Positions 29,207 to 41,700 of a stretch of DNA of 64,000 nt are shown piece by piece. Both the position numbers and the translations under genes were made by a program. Position 1 is the stretch's first letter; each line of letters opens with the position of its first letter. The DNA lies in NCBI GenBank assembly GCA_012295275.1, contig CM022672.1:15438001-15502000 (forward strand), written 5' to 3'. Origin of the DNA: Chrysomallon squamiferum. Its lineage: Eukaryota > Animalia > Mollusca. The notes beneath the pieces are model-generated. The model had not been told where the DNA came from, did not search any database, and saw nothing but the letters and a program-made list of their open reading frames with translations.

Positions 29207-29446
29207 AAAATAAATAAACAATAAGAAAAGGAAAAAGTAAAATCTTGTGAGAAGCCTATACTTCTTAAATTTTATTTCCATATTTGATTATGCTTATTTG
29301 TTACACCATACCATATTACACTGTCTTATAATAAAATTATAATTATACTTGCCTGATTCATCTTGAGAAAGTGAGTGTTGACAAGCTTGACATTGTGATT
29401 GTTTTGTACCATCACCATTTTTACTATGTTCTGCTGCCTTCTCCAT
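9568..29446 (-). CDS. ADISSP: ADISSP/C20orf27 (UPF0687) orthologue, 4 coding exons, 185 aa
   Basis: Exons (minus): 29446-29353, 28735-28502, 26505-26377, 9668-9568. All introns are phase 1 and the exons sum to 558 nt. Translation has SHVRF...VHLGFLQFKHCYQITF...FHARVLGKGKGTPALKRGIH...DSDASDWQGFN*, matching C20orf27 motifs as I recall them (VKVGFLKILHRYEITF, QARVM..HGTPML, DSEHSDWHGFD). The first coding intron has a GC donor. Confidence 0.9.
11985..12062. repeat. (CT)n followed by (TCAC)n microsatellite
   Basis: Direct reading. Confidence 0.95.
12637..13085. repeat. Diverged tandem duplication, period about 260 bp
   Basis: ATGTATTAACAAACATAATTAC and TTATTACTAAACAACCTTTAACATT each occur twice (units start near 12637 and 12898). 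Confidence 0.8.
14625..15012. repeat. Degenerate minisatellite, unit about 27 bp (ATACTGTTTACTAACAGACACAAGATG-like)
   Basis: More than ten diverged recurrences of TTTACTAACAG...ACAA. Confidence 0.75.
18064..19263. mobile_element. Probable non-autonomous DNA transposon (MULE-like), 1.2 kb
   Basis: Imperfect TIRs: CCCATCTGGTTGAATTCCTAGTTCGTCTAA at left and TTCGACAAACTGGGAATTCTTCCAGATGGG at right. Flanked by gGGCCTGGT (18055-18063) and tGGCCTGGT (19264-19272), an 8-9 bp target-site duplication. Confidence 0.65.
26719..27477 (-). mobile_element. Second copy of the same Tigger/pogo derivative, inverted, inside an ADISSP intron
   Basis: TIRs CAGTGGTACCTGGATTTACGAGT and ACTCGTAAGTGGAGGTACCACTG; collinear with 1548-2271 on the opposite strand. 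Remnant MVPKKVSAKDSAEKKKLMMSIELKLEFI*. TA flanks are mutated. Confidence 0.88.
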
Positions 29447-29859
29447 GTCCCTACTAAACAACTCTTATATCGTTCATAGGCTTAGGATTCTTGTTCTTTA
29501 AATATTAACTCTACTTTAGTATTCCGTAAATTACCACATAATCTGGTCAATAAAGTTAAAGAAAATGGTAAATTTCAAAATATAATAATCTATATATTAA
29601 TGACTAACAATTAAATTCAAATTAGAAATTATTTTTTGTTTAAATAATGTCACATTTAGCTTAGGTATTATATAGTAATATACTATTAACTTAATAATTA
29701 AGTTCATATAATTATTATAATTTAAGACAATTTCAAGAACCTGTTCCTACTTTTATTTAGATCACAAGAGGATTCCACAAGCACTGTATAATACTTCGTT
29801 TAGTAAACTCTTACTCTTCAGGTTCAAACTGAATGGTCACTTTCTATTTGTTAAACAGT

Positions 29860-29990
29860 CCTTTCCTGCAGCAAGCGTACGGTATCGACGACGTCTTTCC
29901 TGCTTTTCCTATTCACAACGGAAGTGTCGCGCTTCTCTGCAATCTATCAGTTCTCTCCCTTGAAATTTATATCGCCTCGTCACATAAAAT
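29860..29990 (-). promoter_or_regulatory. CpG-enriched putative ADISSP promoter / first exon with ETS motif
   Basis: Local CpG cluster in otherwise CpG-poor DNA; CGGAAGTG near 29919; about 450 bp upstream of the ATG exon, which is preceded by an acceptor-like TTTAGTAG. Confidence 0.45.
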
Positions 29991-31020
29991 CTCTTGTAAA
30001 GGCAACTTATTTGAGTAATTTTGTTTACTAATGTTTTTAAATATTTATTTTAAGAAACCTACAATTTAAAAAAGTTTAATAAAAAAATATTAGCAAATTA
30101 TGTTTTTAAATGCTTTTTATTATTGCTAGTGATGATTTTGAAGCATATAAACTGTGTCACGTATCAGTGATATTATCACTTATCAGCCAGTTGCGTTTAT
30201 GTTTTTAATTACTTGTGTATCAGTAAGTGGAATACATATACGTTGAGCATACCTTCATTTAATTACAACTTGACCAGACAAAATTGACTTCATAAACTTA
30301 TTTTGTGCACATGTTTCTATAATTAATATCCAAAATTAACGAAGAATAAAGAATATGTAAATATTTAAAAAGAAGGTATCTTACATTTGCAGGTTTTGTA
30401 ACTGTTATATGAAACCGTTTTATTTATTTATTTATTGTTCATGCATGTCGATTATTAATTATATAAGGTACGAAATTGGTTTCATAACCGATTTGAAACT
30501 TCTTGATTTATTTATTTATTTTGCATTGTTATTATTTTGTTTGTTCCTTTTTTGTATAGTTATTTTATTTATTTTTATTTTCTGTTGTTGTTGTTTTGGG
30601 GGGGTTGTTTGTTGTTGTTTGTTTTGGGGTGTTGTAGGGACCCGATATTCCAAATGTTCGCAACTATTAAAGCAAAATTAGGAATGACAAGAACAAAGAG
30701 ATCGCATAAATTTTTAATCTATGAAGTCCCGAAACCGCACCGTTTAATAGTGAATTTCCTTTAATTTTCTTTTTTTAAACATTGCTCTACATATACATCC
30801 AAATATGTGTGTCTACGCATATATGCATATATATAATTTTCGTATATTAAAAACAGTAAATTAAAATGAAAAATTAAAAATGATAAATTACATAATAGTT
30901 ATAGCTTGACTTGTTTTGCTTAATCACTTTTTTTTTTTTTTTTTTTTTTTTTTCTTCTTTTTTTAAATATGCTTATCTTAATAACGACTAAGTTACTTAA
31001 GCGAAAATGGGATTGCTACT

Positions 31021-31065
31021 GGGGATTTCCCCATTTGCTAACTTGTCCAATGAGATTTACTTCCG
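31021..31065 (+). promoter_or_regulatory. TNIP2 promoter elements: NF-kB site GGGGATTTCCCC, CCAAT box, ETS site
   Basis: GGGGATTTCCCC at 31021-31032, CCAAT near 31047, ACTTCCG near 31059. Lies upstream of a likely non-coding first exon ending AAG|GTAAGG at 31199/31200. Confidence 0.65.
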
Positions 31066-31829
31066 TTTAATAATGAGGACGTAATAGCTAAGGAAATTTC
31101 TAGTTTCTAACGATTTTGACATAAGTTTTTGTTTTGTTTTTGTTTTTATGATTATGTTTTCTGTTACTTTTCAGTTTTAAGACTGATATTTAAAATAAGG
31201 TAAGGTTAAAATGCGAACACGTGTTAGTATTTTATCTCAAAGGCTGAAAATATGATGGTTAACGATAATTATGAAAACGAGAAAGAAATGTCATCGAATC
31301 TCCATCATCCATGTATTTTGTTTGGAACTTGTTTTTAATTAATGTTCACTTTCTGGTTAAAGTTTTCAAGAACTAGTGAACGAAATTACTGGGGGGGTTT
31401 AAGGCACAGTATAATTTTGTCTCATTTTGCTCGGCGATATTACCATATTTCCGAAACTTTGAGTCTGACGCAAACCTTATCACATTCAACTGATTCATGA
31501 TTCATTCATCACGACATCGGTGTGACATTCTGAATAAATTGTTTGTTTAACAATAATAATAAGCTCCTATAAATAAATACTAATTGTCAAGTCAAACAAG
31601 TAAGTAAAAATCCTACTTTAAAACTATATTTTATAAGAACAACAAGAAGAAGAAGAAAGTTTAAATAATTTACAGTTAATGTTATAATTAGTGTTTATAT
31701 ATTATATATCCTTAACAGAGGCTCGGTATATATGAGATTTATAATACGAATATTATTACGAATATTTTTAAATTTGAATTATAATTATTGTTAAATTTAT
31801 TTTCTCTTGATATTTTAGGGGGAAAAACT

Positions 31830-34800
31830 ATGGAGGTTAATAAAAATCCAGAAACAGTAAGCAACGAAACAATGAAAGCAATGAAACTTCAGTGTGATGA
31901 ATACAAAGAAAAACTTGATCACATGAAGATTTACATAAAAGAGTTGAAAAATGAATTACAGTCTATGAAAATACGATGTGAGGGAGTTGAAACTATTTCA
32001 AAGCTTCTAGCAGAAGCAAAACAAGAAATTGCAACTCTTCAACGTCAGAAGAAAACTTTAGAAACTCTGATTAGAAATTTACAGAACAGGCTTGCAAGCA
32101 GTGGAATTTCAAACAATGTCACTTTTTCAGAAAATGAATTGTTTATTCCTGACACCTCGAAACAAATTCTAGATAATTTAGCCAAAGAAAATGCTCGGCT
32201 GAGAAACATGCTTGGTTCTCCTTCAGAACTTGGTGGATTTAAAACAAATTCAATGTTGCAGGAAGTAAGGATGATGCAAATGAATAATTTTTTTATTATT
32301 TATTATATTTTTTTTAATGTTTTTATTTTTTTTTTTTTTTTTTTTTTTTTTACTGTATTTGTAAACCATTTTCACTTCATTCATTTATTATCAATAAAGT
32401 TTTTAAATATTTAGATATTTACTAATTTATGTTCTAAAGATACAGTATATCTATTCCAAAATATTTAGTTTGTTCCACCTTTTGATTAATTATCATTTTG
32501 GATACATCCTGCTTGTTTTTAAAGTTGATTATTTCAAGGTAATTTATATTTTTACCAATTCTTTTTTTTTTTTCTCCAGACAGTAAATAAATTATCTGAG
32601 GAAAATGCAGACCTTGAAGAGAAAATCAACAATTTAAATAAAAAAATTGCAGATCTTGAAAACTCACTTAGTTCATCTTTATCAGAAAAAGACAAAGAAA
32701 TTGCTAAACTGAATGAGGAAATTAAGAAGTATGAGAATGATTCCCAAATTCAGAACATTTTCTGTCATTCAATGTCCGGTGAAATTGGCAATCTGCGAGA
32801 TAAATTGCACAACTTTGTCATCGACTGCCAGACTCTGGAAATGACGCTGGAAGAGTCTGAACAAAAGATGAAAAAACAAGAAGAATCAGTTAATGATAAA
32901 CTGTTACCCAAAACAGTTATACTTCAAGAGGTTAAGTACTGTATTAATGTGCCATTGGTTGTGTGAAGAATAAGATATCTAAATATATTTGCCATTATTA
33001 TTTTTTATTTAATTTTGGTTTATCTTATATCAAAAGTATGACAGTACATTTGCAAAACATTTTTTTTTACCTTCACCATTTTAGTCACAGCATACACACA
33101 CTGATTAGTTCACTGTCTGTAAAATGTGGGGGAAAAGCTCATTCTGCTAATGCAGTCTGTTGTTTGTGAGCTCGATCTATTGACTACTCTTGACCTGCAC
33201 TCTATTCCAACATGATGTTTTCTCCTTGAAACTTATTTCATCTTGAAAGTTACATTCATCACAACAAAGATATTACTCTTTTTCCAAAATTCTGGATTTG
33301 TCATCCCCCATTTCTAAGTAAAGCATTTGAAACTTTACATTTAATACTGAGACTTATTTGTGTGGAGAAGTTAATGTAAAAATTTTAATTTTCCAGAATA
33401 ATGAAAATCAAGAAGACTATAAAGCTATCAAAGAGGAAAATAAGATATTACAAGAAAAACTTGATGAGGTAACCATTTTTTAATAAAACATTAATTTATT
33501 TGTATTGCATCATTAACTTGATCATATAAGTTACATTATAACTTGATGGTATTTTTGCTATAGAAGAATACCAAGAAGATAAATATTAGTCTTCCTGTAA
33601 TTCTGAGTTGTGGAAAAGCACCTATTCATTACAGTGAATACAGAACAGAGATAATATTACTTTAAAGACAGGGGTATGTAGTGGATTCATTTGGTTATTT
33701 ACACATTGTAAAACTGAATGATAACCAAAACAATAATTTTTACGTATGTGCATGCATCTTTACATACACACATATATTAATAAAGTCACAGTGACTTTTT
33801 TTGTTGTTAATTAATGATATCATATCCTTTTTATATAGTTGTGCTTAAATGTATATTTATCAAGAAAAGAGCAAAACTTATCATGTTATAAAATAACACT
33901 TTTTTCATGGTAAAAAATGAAAATCTGCAAAACTAATATTATTTTGATTGTTAATAATAATGCTGTTATTGGCATATTGGTATTAGTAAATTGCTATAAA
34001 CTATATACTGATATACTGATATTAATACTGGTATTTGTTTAAACTGTATAGTGACATATTGGTGAACTGGCTTAGATATTGGTAACTGGTGTTGGTATCA
34101 GCATGTAGTTTAATTTGTACTGGTGTATGTTGTACTCTGGTATTCATATTATTTCATTTAGGTGACAGAAATGAACAAGAGGTGGCAAGAGTATGACAGT
34201 GGAAGGCAAAAATATATCCAGGAATTGAACTGCAAAATTGGGAGCCTTGAAGATACCCTGAAGAAAGCATTGCAGAATCAGATGAACCCTGTACATCAGC
34301 AGAAAATTAATGAATTACTCCAAACTGCATCAGAAGATCTTCGCAGAGAGAAAGAAGAAAAATTGAAAGTATTTAAAATATATTTTTTTATTATATTTTA
34401 TAGCAATGTCAAAATGAAAATTTTTAAAAAAAATGAAAAGAAGACTAAAAAGAGACATGAATCCATTCCCCAGGTTTTACTTTAAAGAGATTATGATTTG
34501 TAACAGAACATTTAACATCTTCTAAATGTTACTGCCTCTTATACGATTTATGGAATATATTGCCGAAATGAGTTAAAATTCTGACAGATGAATGTATTTT
34601 CTAATGTTTAAAAAAATAATAATAATAATGAAGTACTATTTTGCTTCACATTTAAAACTCTTAAGTCGTCTTTGCACAATGTTTTACTGTTCATTCTAAT
34701 GAAAAGACTCAGCACACTTTTTAATACCAATATTATTATTACAAATTTATTATTTTCTTTTGTGTCAGTAATTCCCATTTCTGCACTGTGTACATGCAGT

Positions 34801-35941
34801 TAATCGTGCTTGGAGTTCATCTTTTCAGTCACGTTACACAAATTTTATGTGACAAATCATTTAAGACGTGAAATTTCACAAGTTTTGCATATTTCAAATG
34901 TAAATGAAATACTGAAGGTTCATAATGATGTACAAATAAACTTCTGTGTTTTTCAGCTGAAAAGTGAACTGGAGTATGTCCGAAATCAGAATCAGAGGTT
35001 GATGGAAAAAAAAGTGATCAATGAAGATACTGCCACCATTGAAGCCCTCAAAGCACAGATACAGATATGTACAGAAGATTTTGAAACAGAGAGGATGGAC
35101 CGAGAGAAAGCACAAAATATAATCTGTCAAGTTAAAGCAGAATTACAGAGAGTCACCGCAGAGGTGAGTATGCAGTTATTTAATTTATGATCATTGGTAC
35201 CCAGGCCTTTTTTAAATTAACACAAGAATCGTGTCATCTTTCTACACAGTGGCTGTTACAAGTAGTTAATAACATCAGTTGTCAATATGGGAACTAGGAC
35301 ACAGTGTGTACAGTATATGTACTTCTTGGCTGTATCAGAAAATCAGGACATTGACTACATTTGCTTCAAACCAGTCCAAGAAAACCAGGACTTTTTAAAA
35401 ATATATTTAACATTTTTTTTTATTATTAATTTTTTTTTTCTGTTTCTTCCTCCTTTGTTTTTTTTTGTTTTTGTTTTTTAACTAACTGTGTAATCCATAA
35501 TTCTGGTTATTTGCCAGTAATAAAAACAAATTAATTAGATCAACTGATGTCTTAGTATTTTATTTTGTAGAATCTACAGTTACGGAAACAAAGACAAGTC
35601 CAGCCAATTCAGAATCGAGGATTCTCAAATATGTCTGGTCCCCACCCCTACACCTCTTTGAGCAATGATGTAAGTATACACACACATATATATATATATA
35701 CAAAATGTTGTAGTTTAGTGTATTTTCAATAGATTAAATTTGTAGTTCAACTTAGATATTTGTTTTATATATTTTTTGTTTGTTTGTTTTTTTATTTGTC
35801 AAGTTAAAATAAAAATTGTGTATAATCATATAATCACTAATCTCTTAATCTTTTTAATTTTATAATTAATCTTTTTTTTTTCATTTTTAAACATTAATTA
35901 AAATCTTTTTTTTCTTTTGCTTCTACAAACACTTCAAAATT

Positions 35942-35980
<39 letters not shown>

Positions 35981-36136
35981 TATATTTATCAAGAAAAAAG
36001 CAAAACTTATCATGTTATAAAATAAGACTTTCTGCATGGTAAATAATGAAAATATGCAAAACTAGTATTATTTGGATTGTTAATAATAATACTGTTATTG
36101 GTATATTGGTATTAGTTAATTGCTATAAACTATATA

Positions 36137-36206
<70 letters not shown>

Positions 36207-37001
36207 AACTATTTGTCATAAACAAAATAAACTAGCACTAGTTTTTCATGGTAACAGAAGAGGATTATTTCCATCAAGTTTCAGTTCTCTAACATAAAAA
36301 AAACCTTTATTTTTTTTTATGTTTCCACATATATTCCATTAAATCATTCTTTGTTAATGATTTTTTTTCTCTTTTGTTAATTTAACCAGAATCATGCATC
36401 TTCTACTATATACAGTTGTTTCCTCTTTTCTTTTCTTTTTTAAATTTTAATAGATAGAAATTTTGGCCAAATTCTTTTTTCAAATGATAATAATAAATTT
36501 ATAATTTGTATTCTAAATGATGCAACAGAAGAACATTTACTTTATTTATTTTATTTGTTTTATTATTTATTAGTTGTTTTTTGGGGGTTTTCTTCTTCTG
36601 CTTATTGGGTTTTTTTTTGGGGGGGGTTGTTTTAAAATAAAAACAGTTTTGTTTTTGTTTGTTTCAAATAATTATTGTAACAATTAGCCTTACAAAAGCT
36701 ATAATGTTTACTTTTCCCACATTTTAAAAGATCATTCATATTTCAAATGCAGGTAAAACTTCAGGCACGAGGGATATCAACAGACGGAAATGTAACAGAT
36801 GGCCACGAAACAAATCCTTCTCCTAAATTTCATGATATGGGGCCAATGTCACTCCCAGTGACAAAGTCAGCATTATATCCCAATCAAACTCTGTCACTGA
36901 AAACACAAGTTGATGATTTGTGCTGTCCGAAATGCAGCATGGGTTTTTCAGAAGCCGAACAGGATAAATTGTTGGAACATATGGAAATGTGTTGTGAATG
37001 A
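31830..37001 (+). CDS. TNIP2: TNIP2/ABIN-2-like protein (coiled coil, EABR, UBAN, C-terminal CCHC zinc finger), 7 coding exons, 539 aa
   Basis: Exons 31830-32264, 32580-32930, 33397-33468, 34162-34368, 34957-35163, 35571-35669, 36753-37001; all phase 0, GT-AG, 1620 nt total. Motifs: EABR-like MNKRWQEYDSGRQKYI, UBAN LKAQIQICTEDFETERMDREKAQ, terminal CPKCSMGFSEAEQDKLLEHMEMCCE like the TNIP2 zinc finger. Confidence 0.85.
33851..34009 (+). repeat. About 160 bp intronic segment duplicated at 35980-36139
   Basis: GTATATTTATCAAGAAAA.AGCAAAACTTATCATGTTATAAAATAA...TTGCTATAAACTATATACT is present in two TNIP2 introns. Confidence 0.9.
35980..36139 (+). repeat. Second copy of the 33851-34009 segment, between (TG)n(AG)n and (TA)n tracts
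   Basis: Direct alignment by eye with scattered substitutions. Confidence 0.9.
36139..36201. repeat. (TA)n microsatellite
   Basis: Direct reading. Confidence 0.95.
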
Positions 37002-38261
37002 AGTAATGTAACATAATGTTTTTTTGGGGGGGGGTGAAATTCAAATTTTAAAAAAAATCTTCTTTTGAGATTTTTTGATTTAAAAAGAAACATTAAAATT
37101 TCCAGAATTAGAAATAGAAATAAAGTTGAGAAATAAAAACTAAATGAAAAATTGTGATAGTGATATGTAATAATCATTTGACTTAATTTCTGTAACCGAA
37201 AAAAAAAAGAACAATGTTATTTTTATAAACCTCCAGTTCAGTTAAGTTTTTGATTTTATATTTTTGTGTTTGTTTATTTATTTATTTATTTATTTATTGT
37301 AGATTTATGTTGGTTTTTGTTTAACATTTTCTACTGTTTTTCTTTTATAAATTTATGCAGACTCACAGTAGACTTACTTAAATTTCTATGCTAGTGTTAA
37401 CTTTTAAATTAAATACTTGTTTAACTGAGAATAGTAATAAAAAACTCTGACTAATTGTATACATAACATACCTTGTAACAATTTATGAATTTATTTTTGT
37501 ATGTGTGTTTTGTGATTTTATTTTAAAATATATTAAATTTGGTTTATTTCTGAATTCAAGTAGTTTATAACTTCTGTTTTTAATATTTTGTCACCTAGTG
37601 CTTGTTTTGTGTTATTAGGATTCAGTGTTTACATGAATGTGTGAGTTTTTGCTTGTTTAAATTTAACTCTTATTATTATTACTACGCTCTGTTTGTTTGG
37701 GGATTTTCTTTCTCTTTTTTTTTACAGCCATGATTAATGTACATGCTGTATTGCAATTATCTCTGATTGTGTTGCTGGGGTTATTTAATTTAAAAAAAAT
37801 ATATATATTATTATTATTTATTTATTATTGGAATGTGTTTTTTAAATCCTACTGATTTATTCAGGATGTCATACTTCATATACATCCCAGCTAGCTTCAC
37901 TGATTCCTATTTTAAACTGCACATCATTGGTGGTGGTTTAATTTATCTTTTAAATCTTTTTCCAGATTAATGCCCCATTCTGCTTATTTTTATCAAATAT
38001 TTTCCAAACCAAAAACAATCATATTTCATTAGAAACATTATTTTAATTAGTCTAACCTAATAATTATTTCAGTATATATATGTGTTATTTACCTTTTTTT
38101 TTCTTCTTCTTTTTTTTTTTTTAATAATAAAGTATGTATTTTGAATTTATACAAAAATTACTAATTATAAAGGATATGCCTATATAATTGTGGAATTTTG
38201 AAATAAAATATGTAATGAAAATTTGTCATTGTTTTTTGTCTTTGAAAGTTATTGTAAACAA

Positions 38262-38297
<36 letters not shown>

Positions 38298-38775
38298 GTA
38301 TAAAATATTTATATCTTTAAATACACGTTTTGTTTAGGTACCAAATGCCTGAATATATTTTGCATGCATCTAAATTATTTTTCTAAAGTAAAAAAACAAG
38401 TTAATTTTTTTCAAATGTCTGTTAGTATATTTACTTTTTGTGATTATTTGTATTATTTTATTTTTATATAATTTATAAAAATACGTCCCAAATTACACAC
38501 TATTTTTCCATTCGATTCGTTGTGATCGAATTGCAGTTTTAGCATGCATATTAGTACAATCGTTACCAGACTACGCAAAACAGGATGTTGTTTCTCGCCA
38601 CTGATTCTAATGATACCACTAAAAGGGAGTAGTGTGGAAAGCGACGATTAGTTCGTTTCAAGAACAAAAATCAAAAAGACAACAGCAGAAAACTAAAGTT
38701 ATATAAAAACACAGACATAAATTCTAATATGATAATAATATATAAGGCCTCAGATGGCTAAATCTTTTTATAAAA

Positions 38776-41700
38776 ATGACTTCAGTCCTGGATACAGACG
38801 ATTATTGCGATGACATTGAACTCGTAAATTTTTACAAATGGTTGGACAGAATACCTTTTTCCAGACCCAAAAGAAATTTTGGAAAAGATTTTTCTGATGG
38901 AGGTAAGATTTACATTCTAGAAACGATAATTTTTGTAACATTAAGTATTTGTTTTTATTCCAGTGAAATTGTTAACCGCTATAAAAGCTGGTTGATAATG
39001 TTGATTGAATTATAATTTTATAATATAAATTTTACACTCATTAAATCATAAAATGATTGATCATTAGAATCTTTTAATGTCATTATAGCAGTAAAAGTGA
39101 ATGGAATGTCTCTATAAAATTCATTATATTTTTTTATGTAAAATAATTAATAATAAAGTTTTAAGTAAAGTTATAAAGTTACTGAAATAAATAAATTTAA
39201 AAAAAAGATTAATAAATTATGTTTGCTAGAGCTAATATTTAAAACAAAATTTTGATGCATTTATTAAGTTAAGATTATTGTCCAATATATTTCTGAACAT
39301 TTTACTTTTGTTAAAATGTTAAAGCTTGAGTAACTACAATATAGTTTTTCTTTTCTATTTTAAGTGGATGTAAAAACACTGGTCAGAAGAGTAATTTTCA
39401 TTAGTTTTCCCATAGAAATATTTATTAACCAGCTATGACAAGTTTATCATATGTAAAGCCTGAATGAAGATGAATTATTAAGCCTAACCCTAGAGAATGT
39501 GACAGGAAGTTCCTCCAAGATGTCAATATTGCATTTATATTAACTCCATTAAATCAACACTATCAGCTTTTATATTCGCCCCAACAGCCAAACAACACAT
39601 CTTACTAAAATGTTCAGTAAAATGTGCCAACAAGATCATCAAAATTAACAAATAATTTTAATAATATTAAAATTTGTTGACGTATTCTTAAAAAACAATT
39701 AATTCTTGTTGCAGTTATAAAACATTTAAAATTATTGAAAACTGTTGCATTATTATTAATATTGAGCTATCACCTTGAAATTAACATAACTATTTTTTTC
39801 AAAATAATCTTAGTAATAGCTGCAGAAGATATTTGAGGTTTTTTCTTTTGCAATGACATTAAAATACTAAAAAATACTAGTAATAATAATAATAAATATT
39901 AAAACAAAAATTAATCTTCCAGATATTTATTAAGTTACTTGTCAGCAACTATAAGGAAATATTTCTCATTTAGTAAAAATATACAACTGCTAAAGATGTT
40001 GATATATTGAAATCAAGACAATAAATACGTATACTGATTCGAGTTTTTGAAAACCTTGTTACTCAGAAAATCTTTGAAAACACTGTCATAATATTATCTT
40101 AAAAGCCTGGTCTATGTCAAATGGCAATAAAAACAAATAAGAAATTAACACAAATGGTTCAGCATCAGCTACAAAATTATGTCATTCTTGTGCATCACCT
40201 TTATCTTATTTATTTGCTAAACTGATACAATATGGTGGTGGTGGGTTTTTTTAATATTGACTTCAGATAGAATTTTGTTTCTGTCATCATGTTTATATGA
40301 AATAATTTGTATATGTTTTAGTATAACAGTAGTATTTGTAGAGTATATCTAAGTAGATTTAGTATTTGTTTTTGTTATTAGAATTCATATTACTATTGTT
40401 TAGTAAATAATAATATCCAACTGATTATTCAAGCAGTATTATTTTAAACTGATTATTTGATATGCTTTTCCTTTTCAAAAAAAGAAACTGACAACAACAA
40501 AACAATAATTCGGTTATTCATAGTTTAATATATTTTGCATTAATTATTTCTCTAAATATTTTTACCAAATAACATTATATCTTACAGTAATTATATTAAA
40601 TATAACACTAATTCTTTTAGCACAAAACAGTATATATGTTCACATAATTATTTTAGTTACATCATAAAATCAGTTTCTTCTAATAACAGTGTTAAAAGGG
40701 ATCTAATAATACACTAATTCCATAGTTACAAAAAAACCCAATAACTGTCAGTACTAAAGCCTATTTGAGCCACTAGTTTGGCTTTTTATCACTGATGCTT
40801 TGCAGTTACTAAGCTTGTGGGTTTGATGGCAATATTGATCTGGCCTAAATAATCCAAAAGCAAACTGAAAAGATCTGGAGCTGTTGTCAAAGCTGGTTTT
40901 ATTTATCTTCAATTAGAAATGAATTATAAATTGCCTGTGTGCAAAGGTTTACTGAAATAGTTTTTTGACAGGCTATTTAACTTTTCTCTATTGGTCATAC
41001 AGTTATTGTTGGGGTGTATAATGGACTCTGCGTGTAACTGTGTAATGAAGTACACTTGGTTTATGAACCTGTTTGCTGTTTCCATTGTACACTTAACAAC
41101 AGTTTGCTTTTATTGTATACAAGAGCAATTTAATCTCCATGAACTTGATGTCTCCCACTTTAATCCTTAAGTCAGATGTGTGTTACCATAACAAAACTCT
41201 TAATGAAATTTCACACAAATACTTGAAGACAAACAAATTTATGTATTGTAATTATATTTTAGATGAATGTTTTAATGTTATTATATAATTTACACTATTA
41301 ATTTTGACTAATATTAAAAATTTTCAGTGCCATTTTTCAAAAGAATAAAAACATTTAGATTTAGTTTACTTTCTCTGTCTTATAGCATGTTTTTAAACTT
41401 AATATCACACTTATTAAAAAAAGCTTTAAAAAGATGTTTTAAAAGGATTTAGTTTTATCTGACCAGTTATGAAATGTCTAAAAACGTAAAGATTAATGTA
41501 AATAACAAATTTAATACTACTACTGTTATTATTATTTTTTTTATTGTTGTTGCTGTTTATAGGTGTGTTATATTTGTTTTTCTTTCTTAATATTATTATT
41601 TTTTTGTTTATTCATTTACCGTATATACTTGTGTATAAGTCGAATTTTTGGGAGACTATATTAAGGTAATATTTTTGGGGTCGACTTATACATAGGTAAT

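Noticed and set aside
39811-39840. Possible relic of exon 2a in SPEF1-A intron 1 (TAG-TAATAGCTGCAGAAG)
   Set aside because: Similarity covers only about five codons and is followed by a stop; indistinguishable from chance.
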